Assembly (NCBI GenBank): GCA_000402755.1
Contig: AQSD01000003.1
Span: 1,263-65,262, forward strand
Source: Fidelibacterota bacterium SCGC AAA160-B08
Lineage (GTDB): Bacteria > Fidelibacterota > Marinisomatia > Marinisomatales > Marinisomataceae
Length of the DNA: 64,000 bases
Direction: 5' to 3'
Below, piece by piece: positions 47,677-58,023 of the stretch. Within the stretch, counting starts at the first letter, position 1, and every line of letters starts with the position of its first letter. The notes beneath the pieces are model-generated. The model was not told where the DNA came from. It was given only the letters and a program-made list of their open reading frames with translations, and searched no databases. Both the position numbers and the translations under genes were made by a program.

Positions 47677-47719
47677 ATTTCTTTTATTTGAATGGAAACG
47701 TAAGCAATAAGTTCCGCAC

Positions 47720-49525
47720 TTAGTTTAATCCTTCTTGTAAAAATCTTTTAAACTCTTCCACGTCTCTAGTCATACCAGGAAATTCTCCAATGACTAAATC
47801 ATTTTTATCTAAAATAACGTAGTAAGGCAAGGCTGCAGTTTTGAATCGATTAATTTGATAGTCTCTCTTTTCAAGATAGTTATCTCCAGAATCAGTATAT
47901 AGACTAACTAAAACAAAATTTGACATTATATCTTCTACCGATTTCTTTGCAAAAACATTTGTTTCCATCCAGCGACAATTAGTACAGGTGACTCCAGTAA
48001 AATCTATAAATATTTTTTTATCATCTTGATTAGCTAGAATAAAAGCATCATCTAGAGAATAAACCCAATTCAAATTTGATTTAACTTTTTTTGGCGGAAG
48101 ATAAGATTCAATATTTCCATCGATATTATATCCAAAATTTCCTGCTAATAAGTAAGAACCCAGTATAAAAAAACTTATAGAGGCTAATGCTCTTTGATAA
48201 GAAACTACTATCTTAGAATCATGTTTGAATCGAACGATTCCTACAATATAGAAAGCGCATAGGAACATAATAATTGCCCAGCAGTAAAGTACAATCTCAT
48301 AAGTGAATATGTCCCACTGCCATACTAAATCTGTATTACTAATAAATTTAAAAGCTGCTGCTATTTCAAGAAATCCCATGATCACTTTTACAGAGTTTAG
48401 CCAACCACCTGATTGGGGTAATTTTTTCAAATAATGTGGAAAAAGAGCCAAAAAGAAGAAGGGTGACGCAAAAGCCAAACTAAATACTAGCATACCGATG
48501 ATAGGCCAAAACCAATCACCTTGTGAGGCAGCCACTAAAATTGTACCCATAAATGCTACTGTACATGTAAAAGAAGTAAGAGTAAAAGTTAGTGCCATGA
48601 ATAATATACCTGCATATCCTTCAGAACTTTCTCTCTCCAATGAAAAACGTTTTAATGATTGAGGAATCTCAATTTCATAAAAACCAAAAAGTGAAAAAGC
48701 AAAATAGATGAATAAAAAGGCAATAAATAAATTTACATAAGGATTAGCGGCAAGCTGTGTTGCGCCTGAGGCGCCAAGAAAAATAGCTAGCAACATACCC
48801 AATAATGTGAACGTCATAACAATACCTAACATATAAACTGAAGCATCTTTAATAGGCGAAGTTTTTTTGTCTTCACCTCTTTTCAAGAAAAAAGAAATTG
48901 TAATAGGTATCATTGGAAAAACACACGGTGTTAACAGTGCAGCAAATCCCATGATTAGTGAGATAAGAAGAAATCCTCCAATGTCAGAATCGTCTAGCTC
49001 TAAACGATTAAATACAGAGTCTTTTGAAAAATCAAAACTATTGACTGTAAACTGCTCTCTTATATTGCCACTTTCCAACACAAATTGAACAGTTTCGCTA
49101 TATTCATTCGGTGGATAACATAGATTTCCTGTACAAACCTGATATTGAACTGTTACATCAAATGAATATATACCATTAGACAAATTTTTATCTAGAATAA
49201 TAGGCACTTTAAATAAAGGATTGCCTTCATGATACTTAGTAATATTATCAAAGCCTTCATCATATGTTACAATAGGATCTGGTTCTATAATTCTACCTGT
49301 CTTAACAATTTGATCTGATATGATATTAATAACTGTTGGTTCTGGTCCTTCAGGTACATCATAAATTGCATAAATATGCCATTCATCTTCAATATTTGCT
49401 TGAACCTCCAAGATAACTACTTCACCTTGATTTGTATTATTTATATTGAATTTAAATTCAGCAGGATCGCTAAACTGACCGAATAAAATAGAAAAATATG
49501 CTAATATTGGAATTATTTTTTTCAT
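47720..49525 (-). CDS. dsbD: Thiol:disulfide interchange protein DsbD
   Basis: N-domain QVC-x4-CYPP, TM TPCVFPMIP and FTCT, thioredoxin CTNC. Confidence 0.92.
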   Translation of the reverse strand: MKKIIPILAYFSILFGQFSDPAEFKFNINNTNQGEVVILEVQANIEDEWHIYAIYDVPEGPEPTVINIISDQIVKTGRIIEPDPIVTYDEGFDNITKYHEGNPLFKVPIILDKNLSNGIYSFDVTVQYQVCTGNLCYPPNEYSETVQFVLESGNIREQFTVNSFDFSKDSVFNRLELDDSDIGGFLLISLIMGFAALLTPCVFPMIPITISFFLKRGEDKKTSPIKDASVYMLGIVMTFTLLGMLLAIFLGASGATQLAANPYVNLFIAFLFIYFAFSLFGFYEIEIPQSLKRFSLERESSEGYAGILFMALTFTLTSFTCTVAFMGTILVAASQGDWFWPIIGMLVFSLAFASPFFFLALFPHYLKKLPQSGGWLNSVKVIMGFLEIAAAFKFISNTDLVWQWDIFTYEIVLYCWAIIMFLCAFYIVGIVRFKHDSKIVVSYQRALASISFFILGSYLLAGNFGYNIDGNIESYLPPKKVKSNLNWVYSLDDAFILANQDDKKIFIDFTGVTCTNCRWMETNVFAKKSVEDIMSNFVLVSLYTDSGDNYLEKRDYQINRFKTAALPYYVILDKNDLVIGEFPGMTRDVEEFKRFLQEGLN

Positions 49526-49532
49526 TAATGTC

Positions 49533-50468
49533 CTAAGAAGCTAATCTTTTCTTTAGCTTGCTCCAAAATGTTTCTTTAGGAATTTTGCTGATATTTTCTG
49601 TCATAGAATCTAGTTGAACTAATAATTTTTCCATTTCAGATTCTGCTGCATTATATCCATTTTTAATAAATTCTTCAGTCTTATCAAAAGCAGACCAATG
49701 TAAGTTTTTATGTTCAGGACTAATAACAAAATCAGACTGTTTTAGTAGATAAGAATTTAAATGTAATGTGGATATATCTCTCGCTCGATTAGTAATTTCA
49801 AATATATTATCGGGTTCCTCATTGGTATCAAATGCTCTACTAATATTTACTGCAATAATAAAATCACATTCACCTATTAATGGAGGTACGGGTGTTGGAA
49901 AAACAATTCCACCATCAAGCAGCATTCTATTATCTATATATGTTGGCTCTACAAACCCAGGAATAGATGAACTCTTAACGACTGCATCGACAACATTGCC
50001 CGATTTATAGAGCATTGGTTTTCCAGAAATCAAATCTGTAGCAGTAACAATTAGAGGTATTTTTAAATCACTAAACTGACTATTAGCAAATAGATTATTT
50101 GCAGCTTTTGCCAATCTTTCATTCTTGACAAGTGACTTCCTAGTTGAACTTACCATTAGTATATATTGATTTTTCATTTGCTTGAATACTTGAGAAAAAA
50201 CTGAATCATCTTTTTCATTGTTAGGTATATACCTAAACCCTAAATCTTTAAAATCTTCACCATTAACATGTGCAGTATATTTTTCTTCTATGATATCAGC
50301 ATTGGCATGAGATGCATACATAGCACCAATCATTGATCCGGCGCTAGTACCTGATATAACATCGGGTATAATACCTCTATGCTCTAAAGATTTTAATACT
50401 CCTATATGACAAGCACCTCTTGCTCCACCCCCACCAAGGGCTAAACCAATTTTTAGATTCTTATACAT
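49533..50468 (-). CDS. Patatin-like phospholipase
   Basis: GGGARG, GTSAG, DGG. Confidence 0.92.
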   Translation of the reverse strand: MYKNLKIGLALGGGGARGACHIGVLKSLEHRGIIPDVISGTSAGSMIGAMYASHANADIIEEKYTAHVNGEDFKDLGFRYIPNNEKDDSVFSQVFKQMKNQYILMVSSTRKSLVKNERLAKAANNLFANSQFSDLKIPLIVTATDLISGKPMLYKSGNVVDAVVKSSSIPGFVEPTYIDNRMLLDGGIVFPTPVPPLIGECDFIIAVNISRAFDTNEEPDNIFEITNRARDISTLHLNSYLLKQSDFVISPEHKNLHWSAFDKTEEFIKNGYNAAESEMEKLLVQLDSMTENISKIPKETFWSKLKKRLAS

Positions 50469-50477
50469 TCAATCTCT

Positions 50478-51065
50478 CTAGGTTGCATCCGAAGCAATAA
50501 TATTGCTTCCAGGTTTAATTGCTGGAATGTCTTTGACATGATCTGGAATATTATTTTTATCAAAAATTTTTGCGGCTTGTTTAGTGATTGCAAAAAAATT
50601 ATCATGTAAATGAACAGGTGTAGTACTTCTATCAACAATGATACCAATACCTACAATATTACCTTTATGTTTATTGATTAATTCGGAAACTTCCTTGATA
50701 GAGCCTCCCGTACTAAGTACATCTTCGATAATAAGAATTTTTTCATCAGGATTTATTTCAAAACCTCTCCTAAGCTCCATTTTACCATTAACTCGTTCTG
50801 AGAATATTGTTCTTTTATTTAATTGTCTTCCAACTTCAGTACCTAGAACAATACCTCCAATTGCAGGTGAAATCACTTTGTCAATTGACAGATCTGAAAA
50901 ATGAGATGATAAAATATCTGCAAAAAATGATAAGTACTTCGGATATTGCAATACCTTAGCACACTGAAAATAAGCATCACTATGCATGCCCGATGACAAC
51001 ACAAAATGGCCATACATTAGTGCTTCAGTTTCTTCAAAAATCTTTATATAATCTTTATCGTTCAA
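50478..51065 (-). CDS. pyrE: Orotate phosphoribosyltransferase
   Basis: GHFVLSSG, YFQCA, IIEDVLSTGGS; adjacent to pyrF. Confidence 0.95.
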   Translation of the reverse strand: MNDKDYIKIFEETEALMYGHFVLSSGMHSDAYFQCAKVLQYPKYLSFFADILSSHFSDLSIDKVISPAIGGIVLGTEVGRQLNKRTIFSERVNGKMELRRGFEINPDEKILIIEDVLSTGGSIKEVSELINKHKGNIVGIGIIVDRSTTPVHLHDNFFAITKQAAKIFDKNNIPDHVKDIPAIKPGSNIIASDAT

Positions 51066-51834
51066 AATGTAACCTCATTTGATTTACAAAATTGTGTGCA
51101 GCATCATGAATACCTTGATAGTCATTATCTCCAGGAAAAATTATAGATCTAGACACATTAATCAAGGTTGATTCTGCATAATTATTATTAATCTTAATAA
51201 CATCTTCAAGACTACCTCCTTGTGCACCAATACCGGGAATAAGAAAAGGCAAATCGTTTGTATTTCTTACTTCGCTCATTACTTTGCTATTGGTAGCTCC
51301 AACAACTAAGCCAATATTGTTATACCTATTCATATTTTTTGACAATTCAATTACTTTATCAAAAATACCTTCCTGAATATAGCTAGCAGATGCGTTTGAA
51401 GTCCTGCAAAGAACATAAACTCCTTTATCTTCACGAGAACAAAATGGCTCAATAGCCTCTTCTCCCATATATGGATTTACAGTTATAGCATCACAATTAA
51501 AATGATTAAAGAATGCATTGGCATAATGATTTGCTGTATTTCCAATATCACCTCTTTTAGCATCAGCAATAATAATATGGTCACTTCCAATCTCTTTGAC
51601 TAGTTCTTCAAGCCATAAAAAACCTTGAGATCCCCACTCTTCAAAAAATGCAAGATTTGGCTTATATGCTGCTGCTACATCTTTTGTAGCTGATACAATC
51701 TTAAAAGAATAATCTTTAAGTTCTTGAATTGTAACATCAGAGTTAAAATATTTTTTATCAATATCGATTCCGACGCATAGATTGGAATTTTTTGCTTTTA
51801 TTGTATTGTGTAGTTTTTCTTTAAAAGATATCAT
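51055..51834 (-). CDS. pyrF: Orotidine-5'-phosphate decarboxylase (subfamily 2)
   Basis: LCVGID, YKPN, DAKRGDIGNT, NPYMG, LIPGIGAQGG, NVSRSI. Confidence 0.96.
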   Translation of the reverse strand: MISFKEKLHNTIKAKNSNLCVGIDIDKKYFNSDVTIQELKDYSFKIVSATKDVAAAYKPNLAFFEEWGSQGFLWLEELVKEIGSDHIIIADAKRGDIGNTANHYANAFFNHFNCDAITVNPYMGEEAIEPFCSREDKGVYVLCRTSNASASYIQEGIFDKVIELSKNMNRYNNIGLVVGATNSKVMSEVRNTNDLPFLIPGIGAQGGSLEDVIKINNNYAESTLINVSRSIIFPGDNDYQGIHDAAHNFVNQMRLHFER

Positions 51835-51911
51835 CGGCGAAATTTAACCTAATTAACATTATCAAACAAATGCCTTCATACTAGATTGAAAAATTTTTAA
51901 TATTCATCACA

Positions 51912-52517
51912 ATGCGCAATCCCGAAAACTCATCAAAAACAAAAATTATTGCTTCTACTAACGTTTTTCAAATTGAAAAAGTTGAAAAAGTTGGTAAAGC
52001 AGATTATCCTCAGCTTATAGAAATATCCTTACATCTAGCTAAAGAATATGGAAGACAAGCTGTCCTTACAAAATCAACTATTGAGAAATATTTTAATACG
52101 GATAAATCTCTACCATTTATTGCAAGATATCAAGATGAAATTATTGGCTATATCATCGGAATACCATTAGAAGAGTTACGTCAAGAATCCTGGGCAGTCA
52201 ATGATGAGAATTTTGGCAAGTACAACACCTTATATACTTATGCTTTTGTCATTATGGAAAAATATAAATCTAACGGCTATGCGAGAATGCTAAAACGAGT
52301 ATATCTTAGTTGGGCTCAAAAGAAATCTAATATTAAATATATTACAGGTCATGTGATTACCGGCACATCAAACACAGCTGATAAAAATATGACTATAATT
52401 AGTCGTATAGATAATTGGCAAGGTACTAAAAAATCTTTTGAATACTATAGACGTTCATTTGACATTAAAGATAATGTTGAGTCTATTAATAGCCCGCCTT
52501 TAGAAATTACTATTTAG
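51912..52517 (+). CDS. Hypothetical GNAT-fold acetyltransferase
   Basis: IIGYIIG strand and motif-A-like YTYAFVIMEKYKSNGYARML. Confidence 0.55.
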   Translation: MRNPENSSKTKIIASTNVFQIEKVEKVGKADYPQLIEISLHLAKEYGRQAVLTKSTIEKYFNTDKSLPFIARYQDEIIGYIIGIPLEELRQESWAVNDENFGKYNTLYTYAFVIMEKYKSNGYARMLKRVYLSWAQKKSNIKYITGHVITGTSNTADKNMTIISRIDNWQGTKKSFEYYRRSFDIKDNVESINSPPLEITI

Positions 52518-53907
52518 ATTTAGCTGTTAAGTAACTTATCAGAACTAAAGCGCTTGTTGAAATTGTTATTGCAGGAATAACAGCTTCATCTAAGCTCCAA
52601 GCATTTCCAAAATAAACCGTTGCTATAACTCCAGATAAAATAGATGCTATTGCACCATACTTCGTTGCCTTATCCCAAAAGAATGCTGCTAATAATGTAG
52701 GGGTAATTGCTGTACCATAAATTGTAAATGCATAAAGTGCTTTTTCAAAGATAGTTGTATCTGCAGCAAACATTCTTGAAACCCAATATGAGAAAAATCC
52801 TAATAATAATACTAGTATTCTGCTAAGCGTTACAATTGTCTTATCAGAATATTGCTTATTAGAATATCTTAAATAAATATCATTGATTAGAATTGTTGTT
52901 GGAACCAGTAAAAATGAATCTGCTGTAGAAATAATAATACCTATGATAGTGGCTAGCATTACAGCCCCAACGAATGGTGGCAAGAAATTATAAGCTGCAT
53001 AAATTAATACATGTGATTCCTTTGCGATATCAGTAATCATACTTGAACTGATCCAAGCATTTGCTATGATAAGAGACTCTAGTAAAATAACTGCAAAAAA
53101 TAATAGATAGGTTGCTTTTTTTGCAGACGCAACTGAATCGCTAGCAAAAAATCTTTGATACATATTTGCATCACCAAGGATTAATAAAAAAGACGGTAAA
53201 GTAAAATTGATTACATCTGTAAATGAAAGAACGCCAAATATTGACATGTTATTAGGCATACCTTTATTTGCAAAACTAGTGGTCATACCATCAAATCCTC
53301 CCGCTTGAAAAAATAGAATTGGTAACGCAATAATAAAACAAGTCACCATGAGAATACCATTTGCAACGTCTGTATATGCAACACTCAATAAGCCAGCTAA
53401 AACTGTATATGCAACAATGAACAAGGCTGCTATTATCGTTGCTTGGTCTAAAGTCAGTCCTGCCCCTAAATTATCATGAAATATAGTATAGATTACTGCA
53501 CCGCCAGCATTAAACTGGTAACTAACAATTACTAGGTAGGCAGTAAGTAGTGCAATAACAGATAGAATCATTGCTGTGTCTCCAAATCTGGATCCAATAA
53601 TTTCTGGTACAGTTAATTTATGAGAAGCTCTCGCTTTCCCTGCTATCTTTGTTAGTGCTAAAACGCCAAGCATTCCACCAATAGGTAACAAAAATCCAGC
53701 TGCACCTATCTCAAATGCCTTCCCTGCATTGCCTAATACAGATCCTGTACCCATCCAAGTTGCTGCCATAGTTCCGACTAGAATCCAAGGTGGAAGAGAT
53801 CTTCCAGCTACAGCAAAATCTTCCTGATTTTTAATAGAATCTGATTTGCTAAGCCCAATTAAAAGCAAGCCAATTAGATAAATTCCTATAATTATGTAAT
53901 AAATCAT
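52510..53907 (-). CDS. Sodium:solute symporter (SSS family)
   Basis: DFAVAGRSL, ATWMG-G, YQRFFA, STADS; about 13 TMs. Confidence 0.92.
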   Translation of the reverse strand: MIYYIIIGIYLIGLLLIGLSKSDSIKNQEDFAVAGRSLPPWILVGTMAATWMGTGSVLGNAGKAFEIGAAGFLLPIGGMLGVLALTKIAGKARASHKLTVPEIIGSRFGDTAMILSVIALLTAYLVIVSYQFNAGGAVIYTIFHDNLGAGLTLDQATIIAALFIVAYTVLAGLLSVAYTDVANGILMVTCFIIALPILFFQAGGFDGMTTSFANKGMPNNMSIFGVLSFTDVINFTLPSFLLILGDANMYQRFFASDSVASAKKATYLLFFAVILLESLIIANAWISSSMITDIAKESHVLIYAAYNFLPPFVGAVMLATIIGIIISTADSFLLVPTTILINDIYLRYSNKQYSDKTIVTLSRILVLLLGFFSYWVSRMFAADTTIFEKALYAFTIYGTAITPTLLAAFFWDKATKYGAIASILSGVIATVYFGNAWSLDEAVIPAITISTSALVLISYLTAKSK

Positions 53908-53938
53908 TGAAATAACTTAAACATAATCCATATATTTG
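53906..53938 (+). promoter_or_regulatory. Putative Bacteroidota-type promoter (A)TTG-N21-TATATTTG upstream of the DAACS gene
   Basis: TATATTTG at 53931-53938, 10 nt before ATG 53949; ATTG at 53906-53909; no SD. Confidence 0.4.
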
Positions 53939-53948
53939 TTCTTAATTA

Positions 53949-55211
53949 ATGCAATTACATTGGAAAATAATTATTGGACTAGTCTTAGGGACCATCTATG
54001 GAATAGCTAGCGCTATCAATGGCTGGTCAGATTTTACATCAGATTTTATATCTCCATTCGGAACAATTTTCTTAAATCTATTAAAACTTATTGCAGTACC
54101 ATTGGTAGTGTCATCACTTATAACTGGAGTGGCATCTCTATCAGATACAAAAAAACTTTCTCGCATTGGATGGAAAACTATTGTTTTATATATCAGCACT
54201 ACTGCAGTAGCTGTTAGTATAGGATTAATTTTAGTTAATGTTCTTGAGCCTGGATCTTATATACCAGAAAGCTATCAAGAAAGTTTAAGTAGTGAGTATG
54301 TTGACAAGGCTACTAGCAAACAAGAGCTAGCAAATTCTATTCAAAATAATAGAGGACCTTTACAGCCTTTAGTGGATATGGTTCCAAGTAATATGTTTTC
54401 AGCTGCATCCAATAATAGCAACATGCTTCAAATAGTATTTATATCTATTATTTTTGGAATCGCTTTAATTGGTATTGATCGAAAATTTTCACAACCCGTA
54501 TTAGCATTTCTAGAAGGTATTAATCAAATGATTATAAAACTGGTAGAAATGATAATGTATTTTGCACCATATGGAGTATTCGCATTAATAGCTAAAACTA
54601 TTAGTTCTGTTTCTGGTGACATTTCTCAAATTGGAAGTATCCTATCTGCATTATTATTCTATATGGGAGTGGTAGTCTTAGGTTTATTTATCCATATGGG
54701 TATTACATACATTACGATATTAAAAATGTTTACTAATATAGATTTAAAACACTTTTTCAAGTCAATGGCTCCGGTTCAACTATTAGCATTTTCAACCAGC
54801 TCAAGTGGCGCTACTTTACCAGTTACTATGAAACGTTGTGAGAAAGATTTAGGAGTGTCAGAAGAGATATCATCATTTGTTTTACCTTTGGGTGCAACAA
54901 TTAATATGGATGGTACTGCTCTATATCAAGGGGTCGCAGCGGTATTCATAGCGCAAGCAATTGGTATGGATCTAACATTTGCAAATCAATTTACTATAGT
55001 TGCAACTGCTGTATTAGCATCTATTGGAACTGCTGCTGTTCCTGGAGCGGGAATTATTATGCTAGTAATTATATTGGAAGCTATTAATGTTCCTAGTGAA
55101 GGAATTGCTTTAATATTGGGTGTAGATAGAATCTTAGACATGATTCGTACTGCAACTAATGTTACTGGTGATGCTACTATTGCGTGTGCAATGGATTCTT
55201 TAGAGAAATAA
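53949..55211 (+). CDS. Dicarboxylate/amino acid:cation symporter (GltP/DAACS)
   Basis: AFSTSSSGATLP, GATINMDGT, AAVPGAG, DRILDMIRTATNVTGD. Confidence 0.95.
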   Translation: MQLHWKIIIGLVLGTIYGIASAINGWSDFTSDFISPFGTIFLNLLKLIAVPLVVSSLITGVASLSDTKKLSRIGWKTIVLYISTTAVAVSIGLILVNVLEPGSYIPESYQESLSSEYVDKATSKQELANSIQNNRGPLQPLVDMVPSNMFSAASNNSNMLQIVFISIIFGIALIGIDRKFSQPVLAFLEGINQMIIKLVEMIMYFAPYGVFALIAKTISSVSGDISQIGSILSALLFYMGVVVLGLFIHMGITYITILKMFTNIDLKHFFKSMAPVQLLAFSTSSSGATLPVTMKRCEKDLGVSEEISSFVLPLGATINMDGTALYQGVAAVFIAQAIGMDLTFANQFTIVATAVLASIGTAAVPGAGIIMLVIILEAINVPSEGIALILGVDRILDMIRTATNVTGDATIACAMDSLEK

Positions 55212-56295
55212 CCCATTCTTTATGCTTATCTATAATTATATCTTTAATATTTGATAACTGTAACGCTCTTGTTGCAGATACCATAATCGCCTCAGGAAAA
55301 GATTTTCTTAAATAGTTTATCCTTTCTTCGTTAACTATATCAACTTTATTAAATATATACTGAGAATCAATTTCATTGGCTCCAATTTCTTTTAATACGC
55401 TTTGTATAGTGGCAATTTCATTATGTAGGTCTTTAGAGTTTGCATCTAAAACAATTAAAAGCAAGTTAGAGTCGACTACTTCTTGTAAAGTTGACTTAAA
55501 GCTAGCGATAAGATTATTAGGTAGATTCCTAATAAAACCAACTGTGTCGCTCATTAATACATAATTAGAACCACCAATAAAGAGACGTCTAACTGTAGTA
55601 TCTAAAGTGGCAAATAATTGATTCTTGATTAATACATCGCTTTTAGTGATTGCTTTCATAAGAGAAGATTTTCCAACATTAGTATAGCCCACAAAAGAAG
55701 TCCTAAAAAAAGATTGTCTTTTTTTACTTTGGACTCTTCTTTCAGAGTCAATACTCTTCAATTTCTTTTTAAGATTTGATATTCTTTTCCTAAGAATTCT
55801 TCTATCAACTTCTATCTGAGTTTCTCCTGCACCAGCCCTTGTTCCGAACCCACCCATTTGTCGCTCAAGGTGTGTCCACATTCTAGTCAAACGAGGTAAT
55901 TGGTACTGAAGACGAGCTAGCTCTACTTGAGTTTTAGATTCTTTTGATTTTGCATTCTTAAAAAATATTTCAAGGATAATTCCACTTCTATCAATGAACT
56001 TCATTTTTTCGTCTAATTTTTGCAAGTTCTTTGTCTGTGCAGGACTTAAATCTTCATCAAATACTATATAATTTGCTTTTAATAATTTTGCTTGCTCTAC
56101 AATCTGTTTTGCTTTTCCAGATCCAACAAAATATGCTGGATTAATGCTATTCAATTTTTGCTCAATAACACCACAGACTTTTAATCCTAATGTATTTATT
56201 AGTAAAGATATCTCTTCTATGCTATAGTTGTAATTTTTATCACTTTTCCATATTCGAGGTGCTACTACTAGCACTTTATCTGTCTTAGGATTCAT
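55177..56295 (-). CDS. hflX: Ribosome-splitting GTPase HflX
   Basis: QVELARL, GAGETQIE, GYTNVGKS, LFATLD, DTVGF, NKVD. Confidence 0.97.
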   Translation of the reverse strand: MNPKTDKVLVVAPRIWKSDKNYNYSIEEISLLINTLGLKVCGVIEQKLNSINPAYFVGSGKAKQIVEQAKLLKANYIVFDEDLSPAQTKNLQKLDEKMKFIDRSGIILEIFFKNAKSKESKTQVELARLQYQLPRLTRMWTHLERQMGGFGTRAGAGETQIEVDRRILRKRISNLKKKLKSIDSERRVQSKKRQSFFRTSFVGYTNVGKSSLMKAITKSDVLIKNQLFATLDTTVRRLFIGGSNYVLMSDTVGFIRNLPNNLIASFKSTLQEVVDSNLLLIVLDANSKDLHNEIATIQSVLKEIGANEIDSQYIFNKVDIVNEERINYLRKSFPEAIMVSATRALQLSNIKDIIIDKHKEWVISLKNPLHTQ

Positions 56296-57310
56296 CGGTA
56301 AGCAATCTTTGGAAAAAGACTCTATTAAATATATCGCTGAGTACTAGATTGAATGAATTGTTAGACCAATCAGAATCTATTTTTGTGGTTAAGAAGAATA
56401 TCTTTCCTCCCAAAACTTCTTTTTCTAATAATAATGGATCCTTTGTAGAAATCATTATTTTAGTAAACTCTTCTTCAACGTTTTTAAGCTCAAAATATCT
56501 ATACAATTGAGAGTTATCAATCAAATCTCTAGACTGAAATGAATGCTCATTTAAGAATCCTTCATCTGTCATTGAAAAAAATTGATTTCTTGATGAACCT
56601 CGGATAGCTTTGACCTTTGGATAGCCCAAGCTATAAAATAATTTATTATTTTCTATTATATTTTCATTCATTAGGACAAAGATATAACCTTCATTTAAAA
56701 GAAATTTTTGTAATTGTACTATCATTTTTTCAGACAATATATCTAGGTCATTCAGTATGATTACTTCAGTATTAGCAAAGTCATATTTCTTAAATTTGTC
56801 ATAAATAATATTCTTATTATTTACAATTTTATTGCCTTCAAATAGGCTATTAAAATATTTATTACTTCCATTGGTTGTAAATGTAAGTACCTCTATATCT
56901 CTTATCGCAGGCAGAACATGATCTTCATTAGAAACAATAACATCGCTATCGATAAAAGAAATATTGATATCCATACCATTTGGATTCAAAGGAAGATATC
57001 CGCTTAATATATCAATGGAAGAATCGATATCTGCAATTATAATAGAATCATACAGACTATCATCAATTTTAATCAGCATATCTAGAGCATCCATACCAAT
57101 CATATCAAATTCTAATTCATAATACAGTGAGTCAGAATACATTATATCTATATCATTAAATTCTAAATTATATTCAAAAGAAGGTTCAATAACAGTGGCT
57201 AATTTTTCTTCTTGATAGGAAGATTTTGAACAGGAATATAGAGTGAATCCTGTTAATAAAGTCATTAAGATAATAATAGATGATAATTTTTTATTTATAA
57301 GATTTATCAT
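56285..57310 (-). CDS. Hypothetical lipoprotein
   Basis: Lipobox-like TLYSC after a hydrophobic stretch; acidic beta-rich N-half; alpha/beta C-half. Confidence 0.55.
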   Translation of the reverse strand: MINLINKKLSSIIILMTLLTGFTLYSCSKSSYQEEKLATVIEPSFEYNLEFNDIDIMYSDSLYYELEFDMIGMDALDMLIKIDDSLYDSIIIADIDSSIDILSGYLPLNPNGMDINISFIDSDVIVSNEDHVLPAIRDIEVLTFTTNGSNKYFNSLFEGNKIVNNKNIIYDKFKKYDFANTEVIILNDLDILSEKMIVQLQKFLLNEGYIFVLMNENIIENNKLFYSLGYPKVKAIRGSSRNQFFSMTDEGFLNEHSFQSRDLIDNSQLYRYFELKNVEEEFTKIMISTKDPLLLEKEVLGGKIFFLTTKIDSDWSNNSFNLVLSDIFNRVFFQRLLTDES

Positions 57311-58023
57311 TTGCTAATAATCAGATTTATAGAACTGTCTTGAGATACTTTAGTACCTTCTTTTGGATTTTGATTTAATACGGTGTTTGGTAAAAATTTG
57401 TCTTGAGCCAAAAATTGAATCGATCCTTCTTTCAGTCCAAGTTCATTTATTTTTTTTATAGCTTCGCTATAGAAAATACCCTGTAAATCAGGTACGGCAA
57501 TAAAATCATTTGGTGCTAAACCCGTACTAACTTCAATTCTTACACCAAATCCTTTTCTAATACTATCTAGCGGTGCAGGACTTTGCCAAGATACAATTCC
57601 TTTAGGATAGTTTGGACTATAAGAATAGTATACGGAATCTACACTTATTCCAATTTGATCTAATTCTATTTCAGATGACCTCAAAGTTTTACCTAATAAT
57701 TCAGGAACTACTATTTTTTGATTCAACTGAGTAATTTTAATTTTAATAGCTCTGCCTATTTTTACTTCTTTTCCTGCTGCAGGAAATTGCTCTAATATAA
57801 TTCCTGGATTGATATCATTTGTAAAGATTGTATCTGCAACAACTACTTCGATACCCTCAGATTTAGTAATAGACTCTGCCTCTACAACACTTAGGCCTTC
57901 AAGGTTTGGTATAGCTATTATACTTCTTTGATTAATATATGTAGGCATCAATAAATAATTAATAAATAGAACAAAAAATATTCCAGTACTTAAAAAAATT
58001 AATATATGCTTAAAGAATCTCAC
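57307..58023 (-). CDS. Membrane protein with three PASTA domains
   Basis: N-terminal TM; repeats IPNLEG/VPELLG/VPDLQG with Q-P-x-G...V/I patterns. Confidence 0.9.
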   Translation of the reverse strand: MRFFKHILIFLSTGIFFVLFINYLLMPTYINQRSIIAIPNLEGLSVVEAESITKSEGIEVVVADTIFTNDINPGIILEQFPAAGKEVKIGRAIKIKITQLNQKIVVPELLGKTLRSSEIELDQIGISVDSVYYSYSPNYPKGIVSWQSPAPLDSIRKGFGVRIEVSTGLAPNDFIAVPDLQGIFYSEAIKKINELGLKEGSIQFLAQDKFLPNTVLNQNPKEGTKVSQDSSINLIISK

